A stretch of 64,000 nt of DNA from Chthonomonadaceae bacterium (lineage in GTDB: Bacteria > Armatimonadota > Chthonomonadetes > Chthonomonadales > Chthonomonadaceae): contig DASRGZ010000206.1 in assembly GCA_035650735.1 (NCBI GenBank), positions 1 through 64,000 on the forward strand, given 5' to 3'. Under the pieces are notes generated by a model, which saw only the letters and a list, made by a program, of their open reading frames with translations, was not told where the DNA came from and searched no databases. This document shows, in pieces, positions 50,187-60,439 of this stretch; within the stretch, counting starts at the first letter, position 1; each line of letters starts with the position of its first letter. Made by a program: the position numbers and the translations under genes.

Positions 50187-51395
50187 TCAGCAGCGCCCCG
50201 GAGGAGTTTGCAGCAGGACGTAGGCTTCGCGGGCAATCTGCCACTCCTCCTCGGTGGGAATGGCCCAGATCTGTACCGGGCTGTTCTCTGCGCTGAGGCG
50301 CGCTGGCTGCCGGCTGTCGGCGAGGCGATTGCGGTCGCTATCAAGAAGCAGGCCCAGAAATTCCAATCCCCGGCAGATGCGCGCCCGCATGACGGCAGAA
50401 TGCTCGCCGATTCCCCCGGTGAACGCGATGGCATCCAATCCTTCCAGCGCCGCCGCATACGCGCCGAGGTATTTCCGAACGCGATAGGCGAAAATCTCCA
50501 GCGCCAGTTCCGCCCGCCTGTCTCCCCCTGCCGCCGCTTGCTCCAGGTCTCGCGCATCTCCGGTGCGCCCGGAAAGCCCACGCAGCCCGCTCTGATGCTG
50601 AAGCAGGTCCTCGACTTCCTCAGGGGTCATCCCGCAGGCCCGGAGGAGATGCAGCACCAGGCCGGGGTCCAGATCGCCGCAGCGCGTTCCCATAACCAGC
50701 CCTTCCAGCGGCGTCAGGCCCATGCTGGTATCCACGCTGCGCCCGTCCCGTACCGCGCAGACGCTCGCGCCGTTGCCCAGGTGGCAGGTGATGAGCCGTG
50801 TTCCCGGAGCGTCCCGTCCCAGGCATTGCAGCAGCCGCTCGGAGATATAGCGGTGCGAGATGCCGTGAAAACCGTAGCGGCGCAGCCCATATCGCGCGCT
50901 GAACTCCAGGGGCAGCGCATAGGTGGCGGCGACTTCCGGCAGCGTGCGATGGAAGGCAGTATCGAAAACCGCGACGGCAGGCGTCTCCGGCAGCAGCCGC
51001 AGCCCCGCCTCGATGCCGGCCAGGCCAGCGGGATTATGCAGCGGGGCAAGCCTGCTCAGGGCGCGGACGTCCTCTATCACGGCGGGCGTGATGCGCGTCG
51101 GCTCAACAAACCGTTCCCCTCCATGCACGATCCGATGCCCGATAGCCTCCACTCCCTGGGGAAGACAGCCGCGTATTGCCTCTTCCGCCGCCTGCCCATG
51201 AGTCTCTGCCGGAACCGGACGGACCACCTCCGGTCGGTCGGCAACCGACAGGCGCAGGCTGGCCTCCTGTGTCCCGATTCGATCCACGATGCCTTCTGCC
51301 AGTGCCGCCTCTCTATCGAGAGCAGGCTCGCCCGACATTCGGAAGAGGCGAAATTTCAGCGTGGAGCTTCCCGCATTCAGCACCAGGATATTCAA
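50187..51395 (-). CDS. ackA: Acetate kinase
   Basis: NAGSSTLKF, GHRIVHGG, APLHN, FDTAFH, HLGNGAS, FTGGIGE. Confidence 0.96.
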   Translation of the reverse strand: MNILVLNAGSSTLKFRLFRMSGEPALDREAALAEGIVDRIGTQEASLRLSVADRPEVVRPVPAETHGQAAEEAIRGCLPQGVEAIGHRIVHGGERFVEPTRITPAVIEDVRALSRLAPLHNPAGLAGIEAGLRLLPETPAVAVFDTAFHRTLPEVAATYALPLEFSARYGLRRYGFHGISHRYISERLLQCLGRDAPGTRLITCHLGNGASVCAVRDGRSVDTSMGLTPLEGLVMGTRCGDLDPGLVLHLLRACGMTPEEVEDLLQHQSGLRGLSGRTGDARDLEQAAAGGDRRAELALEIFAYRVRKYLGAYAAALEGLDAIAFTGGIGEHSAVMRARICRGLEFLGLLLDSDRNRLADSRQPARLSAENSPVQIWAIPTEEEWQIAREAYVLLQTPPGRC

Positions 51396-51436
51396 GAGCC
51401 TTTCCTTATGCTCTCAGCAGGGTTCAGCCTGCCGCG

Positions 51437-52324
51437 TCAGGGTTGGGCCTCTTCCTCCGACAGGAAGAACGGCTGCGTCCAGGCGGTCCTGCCGCCGGCG
51501 CCATAGCACTCCACGCGCACATAGCCGCCCTCCTCCCCGGTGACCTCGTAGGTGGCGTGGTCGGCGTCCACATCGTACACACCACGGCTATAGGCGCCGA
51601 TGAATCGGATACGCTGCGCATTAGGAGCGGCCACCGAGATCGTGCGCTCGCCTACCTCGATCTGGGCGATCTCCACGCCGGACGAGGCGTAGAAGCGTCC
51701 CTGGCGCAGTGCCTCACAAAGGGCCTCCACGCTGCGGTCGGCGGCCTGGACGACGTTCCAGCCGCGCCCGATGTCGGTGGGAGCGTGCGAGTCGTCGTGG
51801 GCGTAGCCCCAGACGCGCCGACCGCCCGACAGCAGGCGATCCCAGCGATCCGTGGCCAGCGCGCTGCCCTCCAGACGCTCGATGAGGGCGTTGTAGATCT
51901 CGATGCCCGCGTAGCCCTCCAACTGCTCCATCAACTCCTGCGGGAAGTGATTATAATGGTGCAGCCAGTTGGGATGGTTGAGAACGGTAAAGCCGCTCTG
52001 CGCGGCGGTCTCCGCAAGGACCTGCTGGCGGTCGGCATCGGGCGTGATGACCGCGCGAATCTGCACGGCCAGGATATGCGGCCCGTTGCAGCTAACCTCA
52101 TCCGCCGGGATCAAGGTCATGCGAGTCAGCGCCTGGAACTCCTCAGGCGGCACCAGCAAATCATGATCGGAGATCGCGAGAAAGTCATAGCCCAGTTGCT
52201 CGTACCGGGCGATGACCTCTTCGGGTGACGCGCTGCCGTCGCTGCGCGTCGTGTGCGCGTGCAGATTGCCTCGCAGCCATTGGAAGCCGCGCGGGAGATA
52301 GGGAGAAAGCAGGCGAATAGACAT
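51437..52324 (-). CDS. PHP-domain metallohydrolase (CehA/McbA-like)
   Basis: GNLHAHT..SDG, ISDH, NHP, DDSH. Confidence 0.88.
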   Translation of the reverse strand: MSIRLLSPYLPRGFQWLRGNLHAHTTRSDGSASPEEVIARYEQLGYDFLAISDHDLLVPPEEFQALTRMTLIPADEVSCNGPHILAVQIRAVITPDADRQQVLAETAAQSGFTVLNHPNWLHHYNHFPQELMEQLEGYAGIEIYNALIERLEGSALATDRWDRLLSGGRRVWGYAHDDSHAPTDIGRGWNVVQAADRSVEALCEALRQGRFYASSGVEIAQIEVGERTISVAAPNAQRIRFIGAYSRGVYDVDADHATYEVTGEEGGYVRVECYGAGGRTAWTQPFFLSEEEAQP

Positions 52325-52704
52325 AAGTAAGCCCCTCTTGAAGTACCCCTTTCGGCCAGGGGTGATGGCTCTACTATTCGCGGCGCAGCCACCTTTATCA
52401 TTCCTAGAAATCCCAGGAATCTCTTAAAGGAACTTTCCAGGCTCAGCACGAATCCAATGTTGATACGCATCTTAGGCAGGCGCCTCTTGGTATCCGCCCG
52501 TTGCGTACCTGGAGCTCCGTCGAGCCATAGCGGTCGCCCGCAGAACAGGAAGGCCGATGCGCGCCCTTTCCTGGTATAGGGCGGGCCGCTGGCAGGATGG
52601 CAGGAAGTCGCTGCCGCTCGTGCAAATGCATATCTCTGTCGGAACGCGCTATAAACTTGATTGGCAGGGAGCAGCAGGAATCGCGCGCTCAAAAGGAGCA
52701 TACT

Positions 52705-53727
52705 ATGCCCGGACATGACATTATCGTCGTCGGGGCCTCAGCGGGCGGCGTGGAAGCGCTCACCCGATTGGTAGCGGAACTGCCTGCCGATCTGCCTGCG
52801 GCGCTCTTCGTCGTTCTGCATATTCCGCCCTATAACAACAGCGTCCTGCCCAATATCCTGAGCCGTTCTGGCCCCTTGCCTGCCTGTCATCCCCGTGACA
52901 ACGAGCCGATTCAGCACGGACATATCTATATCGCGCCTCCGGACCACCACCTGCTGGTACAGCGCGGACATATCCGCCTGACTCGCGACGCGACGGAAAA
53001 CGGCCTTCGGCCCTCTGTAGACCCGATGTTCCGTTCGGCAGCGCATGCCTACGGGCCGCGCGTGGTCGGCGTGATCCTCTCCGGCGTGCTGGATGACGGC
53101 ACGGCGGGGTTGATGGTAATCAAGCGGCATGGGGGTCTGGCGGTCGTGCAGCATCCGGAGGATGCCCTCTTTCCTGGCATGGCGCTGAGCGCCATCGAGA
53201 ACGTGACGGTGGACGAGATCCTGCCGCTGGCGGATATCCCACCGCTGCTGGTGAATCTGGCCCATGAACCAGTATCCACAGAAGGAGAAAGCGTTGTGGC
53301 TGGGGAAATAGAGTATGAACAGCCAGACCCAAATCTGGACGTGGAAAGGAGCGACGAGGGGATCGGTATCCCCTCCGTCTATTCGTGCCCGGAATGCCAT
53401 GGCACGCTCTGGGAAGTCCGGGATGAGGAGTTGATCCGCTTTCGCTGCCGGGTAGGGCACGCCTATTCGGCGGATAGCCTGCTGGCCCAACAATGCGAGC
53501 AGTTGGAGGCGGCGCTGTGGAGCGCCTACCGTGCGCTAAAAGAGAGCGCGGCGCTGGCGCGGCGGCTGGCCGAGCGCGCGCTCCTGCGCAATCACTCTCT
53601 CTCTGCGGAGCGCTTTGGCGCCCAGGCGCGTGACGCCGAAGAGCGCGCCAACCTCATCCAGAATGTCCTCCTGCGGGGCGAACTCAGCGCCCCTTCCGAG
53701 CCGCCGCTGCCATCTGAAGTCGAGTAG
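52705..53727 (+). CDS. cheB: CheB-type methylesterase without receiver domain, with Cys-rich C-terminal region
   Basis: GASAGG, VLH, RPSVD, LDDG; CPECHG..CRVGH. Confidence 0.9.
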   Translation: MPGHDIIVVGASAGGVEALTRLVAELPADLPAALFVVLHIPPYNNSVLPNILSRSGPLPACHPRDNEPIQHGHIYIAPPDHHLLVQRGHIRLTRDATENGLRPSVDPMFRSAAHAYGPRVVGVILSGVLDDGTAGLMVIKRHGGLAVVQHPEDALFPGMALSAIENVTVDEILPLADIPPLLVNLAHEPVSTEGESVVAGEIEYEQPDPNLDVERSDEGIGIPSVYSCPECHGTLWEVRDEELIRFRCRVGHAYSADSLLAQQCEQLEAALWSAYRALKESAALARRLAERALLRNHSLSAERFGAQARDAEERANLIQNVLLRGELSAPSEPPLPSEVE

Positions 53728-53777
53728 AAGCCTCCTACGGCCTCCGTCGGCCATGCGCACCTTGCCGGATGTGCTCA

Positions 53778-53858
53778 CCTCACCTTCTCCCCCTCTCCTT
53801 GAGAAGGAGGGGGGAGAGCAGAAGTCGGGTCACCCCCTTCCCTCCGAGGGAAGGGGGT
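53778..53858. repeat. Family A-like palindromes
   Basis: ccccttccctccgagggaagggg. Confidence 0.7.
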
Positions 53859-53896
53859 TCGGTCAAAAAGAGAAGGGCTGCCGAAAAGGAATCCTG

Positions 53897-54520
53897 ATGA
53901 ACGCTGACCGGGAGCATGATGTTTCCCGCGACGGCTCCGAGGCCACCTTCGCTATTATCGCGCTGGCTGCGTCTGCCGGAGGGCTGCAGGCGGTCAGGCG
54001 CGTCCTTGCGGCCTTGCCGCTCGACTTTCCCGTGCCCATCGTCCTGGTACAGCACCTGGAGCGCCAGCGCCCCACTGTCCTGGCGACTGTTCTCAGCCGC
54101 GATACGCCGCTGCGCGTCAAGCTGGCGGAGGATGGGGAAACCTGCGTTCCAGGCCGGGTCTATATCGCGCCTCCGGATTACCATCTGCTGGTCAATTCCG
54201 ACGGCACGCTGAGTCTCTCCCAGGCGGGACTGGTCCATTACGTGCGCCCCTCCGCCGATCGACTGTTCGGGTCGGTGGCGCAAAGCTACCGAGAGCGCGC
54301 CATCGCCGTGGTACTCTCCGGCATGGGACTGGATGGCGCAACAGGGGTGCAGGCAATAAAAAACGCAGGAGGAATCGTCATCGCCCAGAATGAAGCCACC
54401 TCCCAGTTCTTCGGAATGCCCGAAGCCGCGATTAACACCGGAAGCGTGGATCAGATTCTCCCTCTGGATGCCATCGCGCCCACTCTCCTCAAGCTAGTCC
54501 ATAGAGAGGGCTCCTCATGA
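53897..54520 (+). CDS. cheB: Second stand-alone CheB methylesterase domain
   Basis: AASAGG, VQHL, RPSAD, GLDGA, FGMP. Confidence 0.9.
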   Translation: MNADREHDVSRDGSEATFAIIALAASAGGLQAVRRVLAALPLDFPVPIVLVQHLERQRPTVLATVLSRDTPLRVKLAEDGETCVPGRVYIAPPDYHLLVNSDGTLSLSQAGLVHYVRPSADRLFGSVAQSYRERAIAVVLSGMGLDGATGVQAIKNAGGIVIAQNEATSQFFGMPEAAINTGSVDQILPLDAIAPTLLKLVHREGSS

Positions 54521-56337
54521 GCGATACACAGACACACCCGGATTTCGAGCAGCTCCTGGAATATCTCCGGCGAACCCGGGGGTTTGATTTCACCGGCTAT
54601 AAACGCTCCAGCGTGATGCGCCGTATCGTTAAACGGATGCAGACGATTGAGCTATCCGAATTCGCCGACTATATTGATTACCTGGAGGTCCACCCCGAAG
54701 AGTTCACCTATCTGTTCAATACCATTCTGATCAACGTGACCTCCTTCTTCCGCGACCAGGAAGCCTGGGAGGTGATCTCCCGCGAGGTCCTCCCTAAGAT
54801 CCTGGGGAGTAAGCAGGACCATGAGCCTATCCGGATCTGGAGCGCCGGGTGCGCTTCCGGCCAGGAAGCCTATACGCTGGCAATGGTTTTAGCCGAAGTG
54901 TTGGGCACGGAAGCGTTCCGCCATCGGGTCAAAATCTATGCCACGGACGTGGACGAAGAGGCCCTGAACTACGGGCGGCAGGCCAGCTATACCCCCCGGG
55001 AAGTAGAGGACGTTCCCCAGCCCCTGCTGCAAAAGTATTTCGAACGCAACGGACACCTCTATGTTTTCTCCAAGGACCTGCGCTCCGCAGTCATCTTTGG
55101 CCGCCACGATCTGACCCAGGACGCGCCGATCTCGCGCATTGACCTGCTGGTCTGCCGCAATATCCTGATGTACTTCAATGCCGAAATCCAGGAACGCATT
55201 TTGACCCGCTTCCACTTTGCGCTCCGTGATGGCGGCTTCCTGTTTCTGGGCCGGGCGGAGATGCTATTTGCCTACAGCAACCTCTATTCGCCGGTAGACC
55301 TGCGGCGGCGCATTTTCACCAAGGTGCCCGGCCCGCCCCAGCGCGCGCGCCTGTTTGTCGCCCTGCAAAACAACCAGGGAGAGAGCGCGCCGCATATCCT
55401 CAATCATGTGCGCCTGCGGGATGCCGCCTTCAAGGCAGGCCCTGTGGCGCAGTTGGTCGTGGATGCCAACGGGTTTCTGGCATTCGCCAACGAGCAGGCC
55501 TGCCAGCGGTTCGGCTTGGCGCCCAGCGATCAGGGCCGGCCTCTACAGGATCTGCAGATCGCCTACCGTGCCGCGCAGCTGCGTCCCTGCATCGAGCAGG
55601 CATATGCGGAACGCCGCACGGTGCTGCTCCCGGATGTCGAGTGGACGGCGCACGACGGCGCGGCCCTCTTCCTGGATATCCAGATTACCCCGCTGCTGGA
55701 TAACGGCAGCGACGTGCTGGGCGTCCTGATCAGCCTGCAGGATGTCTCCCGCTATAAACGCGCGGAAGCCGAGGTCCAGCGGATCAACCAGGAGTTGGAG
55801 GCCGCCTATGAGGAGCTGCAATCCACCGGCGAAGAGCTGGAGACCACCAACGAGGAGCTCCAGTCTACGGTGGAAGAACTGGAGACCACCAACGAGGAGC
55901 TCCAGTCCACCAATGAAGAGCTGGAGACCATGAACGAGGAACTGCGCGAGCGCAGCGACGAGCTCAACCATATCAATGGTTTCCTGGAATCGATCCTGAC
56001 CGGCTTGCGCAGAAGCGTGGTGGTGTTGAACCAGGACCTGTATGTCCAGGTATGGAACAACCGTTCCACAGACCTCTGGGGCCTGCGCGCGGATGAGGTG
56101 GAGGGCAAGCACTTTCTCAATCTGGATATCGGCCTGCCGGTCACGGAGTTGATGCCGCCCATTCGCGCCTGCCTGTCGGGCGAGCGCGACCATATGGAAG
56201 TTACCCTGAATGCGCGCAACCGGCGGGGCCGCGACTTCCAGTGCCGAGTGGACTGCACGCCGCTCATGAAACCCAATAGTGAGATTCGCGGTGTGATTCT
56301 ACTTATGGAGGAATCTCAGGATCCAAAATCCGAATAG
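54517..56337 (+). CDS. cheR: CheR methyltransferase with PAS domains and Glu-rich coiled coil
   Basis: INVTSFFRD, WSAGCASGQE, CRNILMYF; EELETTNEELQST repeats. Confidence 0.92.
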   Translation: MSDTQTHPDFEQLLEYLRRTRGFDFTGYKRSSVMRRIVKRMQTIELSEFADYIDYLEVHPEEFTYLFNTILINVTSFFRDQEAWEVISREVLPKILGSKQDHEPIRIWSAGCASGQEAYTLAMVLAEVLGTEAFRHRVKIYATDVDEEALNYGRQASYTPREVEDVPQPLLQKYFERNGHLYVFSKDLRSAVIFGRHDLTQDAPISRIDLLVCRNILMYFNAEIQERILTRFHFALRDGGFLFLGRAEMLFAYSNLYSPVDLRRRIFTKVPGPPQRARLFVALQNNQGESAPHILNHVRLRDAAFKAGPVAQLVVDANGFLAFANEQACQRFGLAPSDQGRPLQDLQIAYRAAQLRPCIEQAYAERRTVLLPDVEWTAHDGAALFLDIQITPLLDNGSDVLGVLISLQDVSRYKRAEAEVQRINQELEAAYEELQSTGEELETTNEELQSTVEELETTNEELQSTNEELETMNEELRERSDELNHINGFLESILTGLRRSVVVLNQDLYVQVWNNRSTDLWGLRADEVEGKHFLNLDIGLPVTELMPPIRACLSGERDHMEVTLNARNRRGRDFQCRVDCTPLMKPNSEIRGVILLMEESQDPKSE

Positions 56338-56389
56338 TAAGCCAGGCGTAAGCGCCAGCGCAGTGGAGAGGAGCAGGGAGATTTCCGAG

Positions 56390-57724
56390 ATGTACCAGGA
56401 ATCGTTTGACCGGCAAGTTCAGGATGCGAGCAGGCGGATCGTGGCCCTGCAGCGGCGTGCCCGCCTGGAGTCTGCCCACGAGCCGGAAATCCTGGTCTCC
56501 GCCCTGGAAGAGCTACAGACCACGATGGAAGAGCTGCTGGTCGCTCAGGAGGAGCTGCGCCAGCAGAACGAGGCGCTGCAAGCGGCCCACCTGGAGGCGG
56601 AGGTGGAGCGCCAGCGCTATCAGGATCTGTTTGAGTTTGCGCCGGACGGCTACCTGGCCACCGATCCGGCAGGCATCATTCAAGAGGCCAACCGCGCGGC
56701 GGCGCAGATGCTGGAAGCCTCGCAAAAATATCTCTTCCATAGGCCCCTGGCGGTTCTGATAGCTGACGAGGACCGTCGCACCTTTCGTCGTGAGCTTGCT
56801 CGCCTGGTGCAGGGCGGCCCGGCCCGCCGGTGGGAGATACGGCTCAAACCCAAAAAGCGCCTACCCTTTCATGCAGCCCTGACCGTCGCCCCCATCCAGG
56901 ATCCAAAGGGAGCCGTGATAGGACTGCGCTGGATGGTGCGCGACATCACCGAGCGCAAGCAGACCGAGGAAGCCGTGCTGGCCTGGAATCGCGATCTGGA
57001 GCAGCGCGTCCAGGCGCGCACGGCGGAACTAGAAGCGGCCAATGCGGCGGCCCACCGGGAGATCGAAGAGCGTAAGCGCATCGAGGAGGAACTAGCCGCA
57101 AACCAGCGGCAGCTCGCCGCGTTGAATGAGCGGCTCAAGCGCGCCATGGTCGAGACCCACCACCGTGTCAAGAACAACCTCCAGGCGCTCGCTTCGATGG
57201 TGGACATGCTGGCGATGGACGAGGCGCCCACCATCCCGATGACCGAGCTGCACCGGCTCAATTCGTATATCCGCACGCTGGCCACCATCCACGATATCCT
57301 GACCCAGCAGGCCAAAGAGGATGAGAGGGCGACTCATATCCATGCCGAGGCTATGCTGGAGCGGCTGCTGCCGCTGATGCGCCAGAGCGCAGGCAAGCCC
57401 GGCCTGAAAGCGGAGCTAGAGGACGCCCTGCTTACCGTGCGCCAGGGAACCTCGCTGGCTATCATCGTCAACGAACTGGTCAGCAACGCCATCAAGCATG
57501 GCGACGGCACAATCACCCTGAAGTTCCACCGCACCGACGGCGAAGCCGAGCTGGAAATCACCGATGAGGGGGCGGGCTTTCCCGAAGGGTTTGATGGAAA
57601 GCTGGCCGCGCGTACCGGGCTGGAACTGGTTGAGCATCTGACGCGCTATGACCTGGGAGGCCATATTCATTATGCGAACCGGCCTGAAGGCGGCGGGCGC
57701 GTCATTCTTACCTTTCCCCTTTAG
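56390..57724 (+). CDS. PAS-domain histidine kinase (HisKA_2/HWE-like)
   Basis: ETHHRVKNNLQ, NELVSNAIKH, DEGAG. Confidence 0.92.
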   Translation: MYQESFDRQVQDASRRIVALQRRARLESAHEPEILVSALEELQTTMEELLVAQEELRQQNEALQAAHLEAEVERQRYQDLFEFAPDGYLATDPAGIIQEANRAAAQMLEASQKYLFHRPLAVLIADEDRRTFRRELARLVQGGPARRWEIRLKPKKRLPFHAALTVAPIQDPKGAVIGLRWMVRDITERKQTEEAVLAWNRDLEQRVQARTAELEAANAAAHREIEERKRIEEELAANQRQLAALNERLKRAMVETHHRVKNNLQALASMVDMLAMDEAPTIPMTELHRLNSYIRTLATIHDILTQQAKEDERATHIHAEAMLERLLPLMRQSAGKPGLKAELEDALLTVRQGTSLAIIVNELVSNAIKHGDGTITLKFHRTDGEAELEITDEGAGFPEGFDGKLAARTGLELVEHLTRYDLGGHIHYANRPEGGGRVILTFPL

Positions 57725-57916
57725 CACAAAACCTTCGACCCTGCTTTGCATCTCCTCGTTCCCCCGGCGCTCAAAAGACCTGGCAGCCCATCACATTAGC
57801 CAATTGGATATAATAGATAGCAGGTTGATTGCAACCTTTCGGCGCAGGGCAGGCTCAAAGGTTAAGGAGAGCGTGTGACTCCTCTGTGCCCTGGAGCGGG
57901 GCGAACGGAGAAGACG

Positions 57917-59296
57917 ATGCTGCGACTGGATGCGAACAAGCCGGCTCACCTCTGCGAGGGCCTGACGCGCCGCGACTTCCTGCACGCGGGCGCGCTCTCG
58001 ATGCTGGGCCTGAGCCTGACGCTGCCAGAGTTTCTAGCGATCCAGGCGCAGGGCGCGGTACGCAAAGAGCAAGACATCAACTGCATTATGCTCTTCTTGC
58101 TGGGCGGACCGAGCCAGCTCGATACCTGGGACATGAAGCCCCACGCCCCCGCCGAGATACGCGGCCCCTTCAAACCCATTAAGACCAACGTGCCCGGCAT
58201 CGAGATTTCGGAGATTTTCCCGCGCATGGCGAAGCGGGCCGATCTGTACTCCATCGTCCGCTCCGTCTACCATACTGCCGCCGCCGTCCACGATACCGGC
58301 CACCAGATGATGCAGACGGGTCGGCTCTTCTCCGAGGGGTTAGAGCACCCGCATATCGGCTGCGTACTCAGCTACCTCAAGGGGCCGAAGGGCGATGTTC
58401 CTCCACACATGCTGCTGCCGTGCCCGATGGGGCCGACCGGCGGCAATCTGCCACACGGCCAGACGGCGGGCTATCTCGGCAAAGCCTACGACCCTTTTGC
58501 CCTCCACGCCGACCCGTCCGACAAGAACTTTACAGTCCCCGACCTGCTGCCGCCCGACTATATCACGACGATCCGCGAGGCGCGGCGGCGCAAGCTGCGG
58601 GATGCGGTAGAGGACGCGGTCAAGGCGTTCGAGACCGGCGCCGACGCCCGGCTGCTGGACAGCCGCTTCCACCAGGCGTACACGTTGATGTCTTCCGTGA
58701 AGGTGCGGGAAGCCTTCGACATCGGCAAGGAGAGCCAGGCGACGCGCGAGAAGTACGGCAGGAACCGGTTTGGCCAGTCCTGCCTGCTGGCCCGCCGCTT
58801 GATCGAGCGCGGAGTCCGCTTCGTCACCGTCAATATGTTTGAGACGGTCTTCAACGAGCTCACCTGGGACATTCATGGCTGCGCGCCCTTCACGCCGATA
58901 GATGCCTACCGCACGCACTGCGGCCCCTGGTTCGATAACGGCTACACGTCGCTGATTGAGGAGCTCACGGAGCGCGGCCTCTACGATAACACCATCGTCG
59001 TAGCGATGGGCGAGTTCGGGCGCACGCCCAGGATCAACCCGGCGGGCGGACGCGACCACTGGCCGCAGTGCTGGAGCATCGTCCTCGGCGGAGGCGGCAT
59101 TAAGGGCGGGCAGGTCATCGGCGCTTCCGACGAGATCGGCGCCTATCCCACCGACCGTCCGACCACGCCCGCCGACGTCGCCGCCACGCTCTACAGCGCG
59201 CTCGGCATTAGCTTGACGACCGAGTTGCCCGGTCCCGGCAATCGTTCGCTGCCCGTCGTCGAGCACTCGGCTCGCCCCATTTGTCAACTGCTATAA
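57917..59296 (+). CDS. DUF1501-family protein
   Basis: TRRDFL, GGPSQLDTWDMKP, CLLARRLIERGV, WDIH, GEFGRTP..GRDHW. Confidence 0.92.
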   Translation: MLRLDANKPAHLCEGLTRRDFLHAGALSMLGLSLTLPEFLAIQAQGAVRKEQDINCIMLFLLGGPSQLDTWDMKPHAPAEIRGPFKPIKTNVPGIEISEIFPRMAKRADLYSIVRSVYHTAAAVHDTGHQMMQTGRLFSEGLEHPHIGCVLSYLKGPKGDVPPHMLLPCPMGPTGGNLPHGQTAGYLGKAYDPFALHADPSDKNFTVPDLLPPDYITTIREARRRKLRDAVEDAVKAFETGADARLLDSRFHQAYTLMSSVKVREAFDIGKESQATREKYGRNRFGQSCLLARRLIERGVRFVTVNMFETVFNELTWDIHGCAPFTPIDAYRTHCGPWFDNGYTSLIEELTERGLYDNTIVVAMGEFGRTPRINPAGGRDHWPQCWSIVLGGGGIKGGQVIGASDEIGAYPTDRPTTPADVAATLYSALGISLTTELPGPGNRSLPVVEHSARPICQLL

Positions 59297-59307
59297 AGGA
59301 GGCTAGG

Positions 59308-59871
59308 ATGAGCACGGTTTCAAACCTCCCTTCCGGCTCTACACCGCAGAAGAATTGTTCAATCTGCCGAAGGATGGCTATTTATATGAGCTCGTTCGTG
59401 GAGAACTGTGCAGAATGGCCCCACCTAGCGCCAAACATGGAAGCACGACCGCCCGCCTGTTTTCGCGTGCCGGCATTTATATAGAGGATAATGATCTCGG
59501 CGAGGCTTTTACCTCAGAAACCGGCTTTCTGCTCGCGCAGGACCCGGATACCGTTCTGGCGCCCGACTTCGCTTTTATTGCCAAGGAGCGCCTCCCCGAA
59601 CCGTTGCCGGACACGTATATTCCTGTTGTCCCCGACCTTGTTCTGGAGACCCGCTCGCACAGCGATACCAGGCGCAGAGTCAACGAGAAAGTAGCGCTCT
59701 GGCCGGAATTTGGAGCCAAAATAGTGTGGGAACTCGATCCACGCAAGCGTGTGCTCACGGTGTACCGTTCGGGTGTCGAGCCGCGCACTTGGCCTTGACG
59801 ACATACTATCCGGCGAGGACGTGCTGCCGGGGTTCTCGCTGCCAATCCGTCGCCTGTTCCGGCAACCCTGA
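59308..59871 (+). pseudogene. Uma2/DUF820 endonuclease-family gene with two frameshifts
   Basis: YTAEEL..YELVRGEL..APD..PDLVLE..GEDVLPGF; shifts near 59333 and 59790. Confidence 0.8.
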
Positions 59872-59951
59872 GAGGAAGGCATGCCCAACCTATCTGTGTG
59901 CAGTGCGAGGCGCTGTTTGCGGAGCCTTTGTTGCCAGGAGTGAGGATTCAA

Positions 59952-60420
59952 ATGACTGCCGAACTCAACAAACTCAAGCCCTCCCTCTGCGCAACGCGGC
60001 GTCCGGAAGTGACAGAAGCCCTCCTTGCGGACATAACGCAGCGTATTGTGGAGGCGTTTCACCCGCATAAGGTCATCCTGTTCGGCTCCTATATCTCTCA
60101 AAGAGAGCCTCCCGAACCTTTTACGCCCGTTTCACCCGCATAAGGTCATCCTGTTCGGCTCCTATGCCTACGGCACGCCGCATAAGGATAGTGACGTAGA
60201 CCTGTTCGTTATCATGGACTCCGACGAGTCAACCCACGCTCGCATTGTGAAAGTGACAAAGGTGGCGAAAGTGCCGTTCCTATCGATGGATATTATCGTG
60301 CGGACATCCAAAGAGGTTCAGGAGCGCCTGGCAATAGGCGATTTTTTCGTGATTGAAATTCTGGAAAAGGGTAGGGTTCTGTACGACCGTGACGCTACTA
60401 TTCTGCTAGCTCGCCCTTAA
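59952..60420 (+). pseudogene. Minimal nucleotidyltransferase (MNT) gene disrupted by a 73-bp duplication-plus-insert
   Basis: ILFGSYAYG..DSDVDL..EKGRVLY; 60055-60092 is identical to 60128-60165. Confidence 0.85.
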
Positions 60421-60439
60421 TATTCCGCTCTGAGGGAGA

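Noticed and set aside
55790..55945. Tandem DNA repeat array
   Set aside because: In-frame coding heptad repeats of the CheR coiled coil
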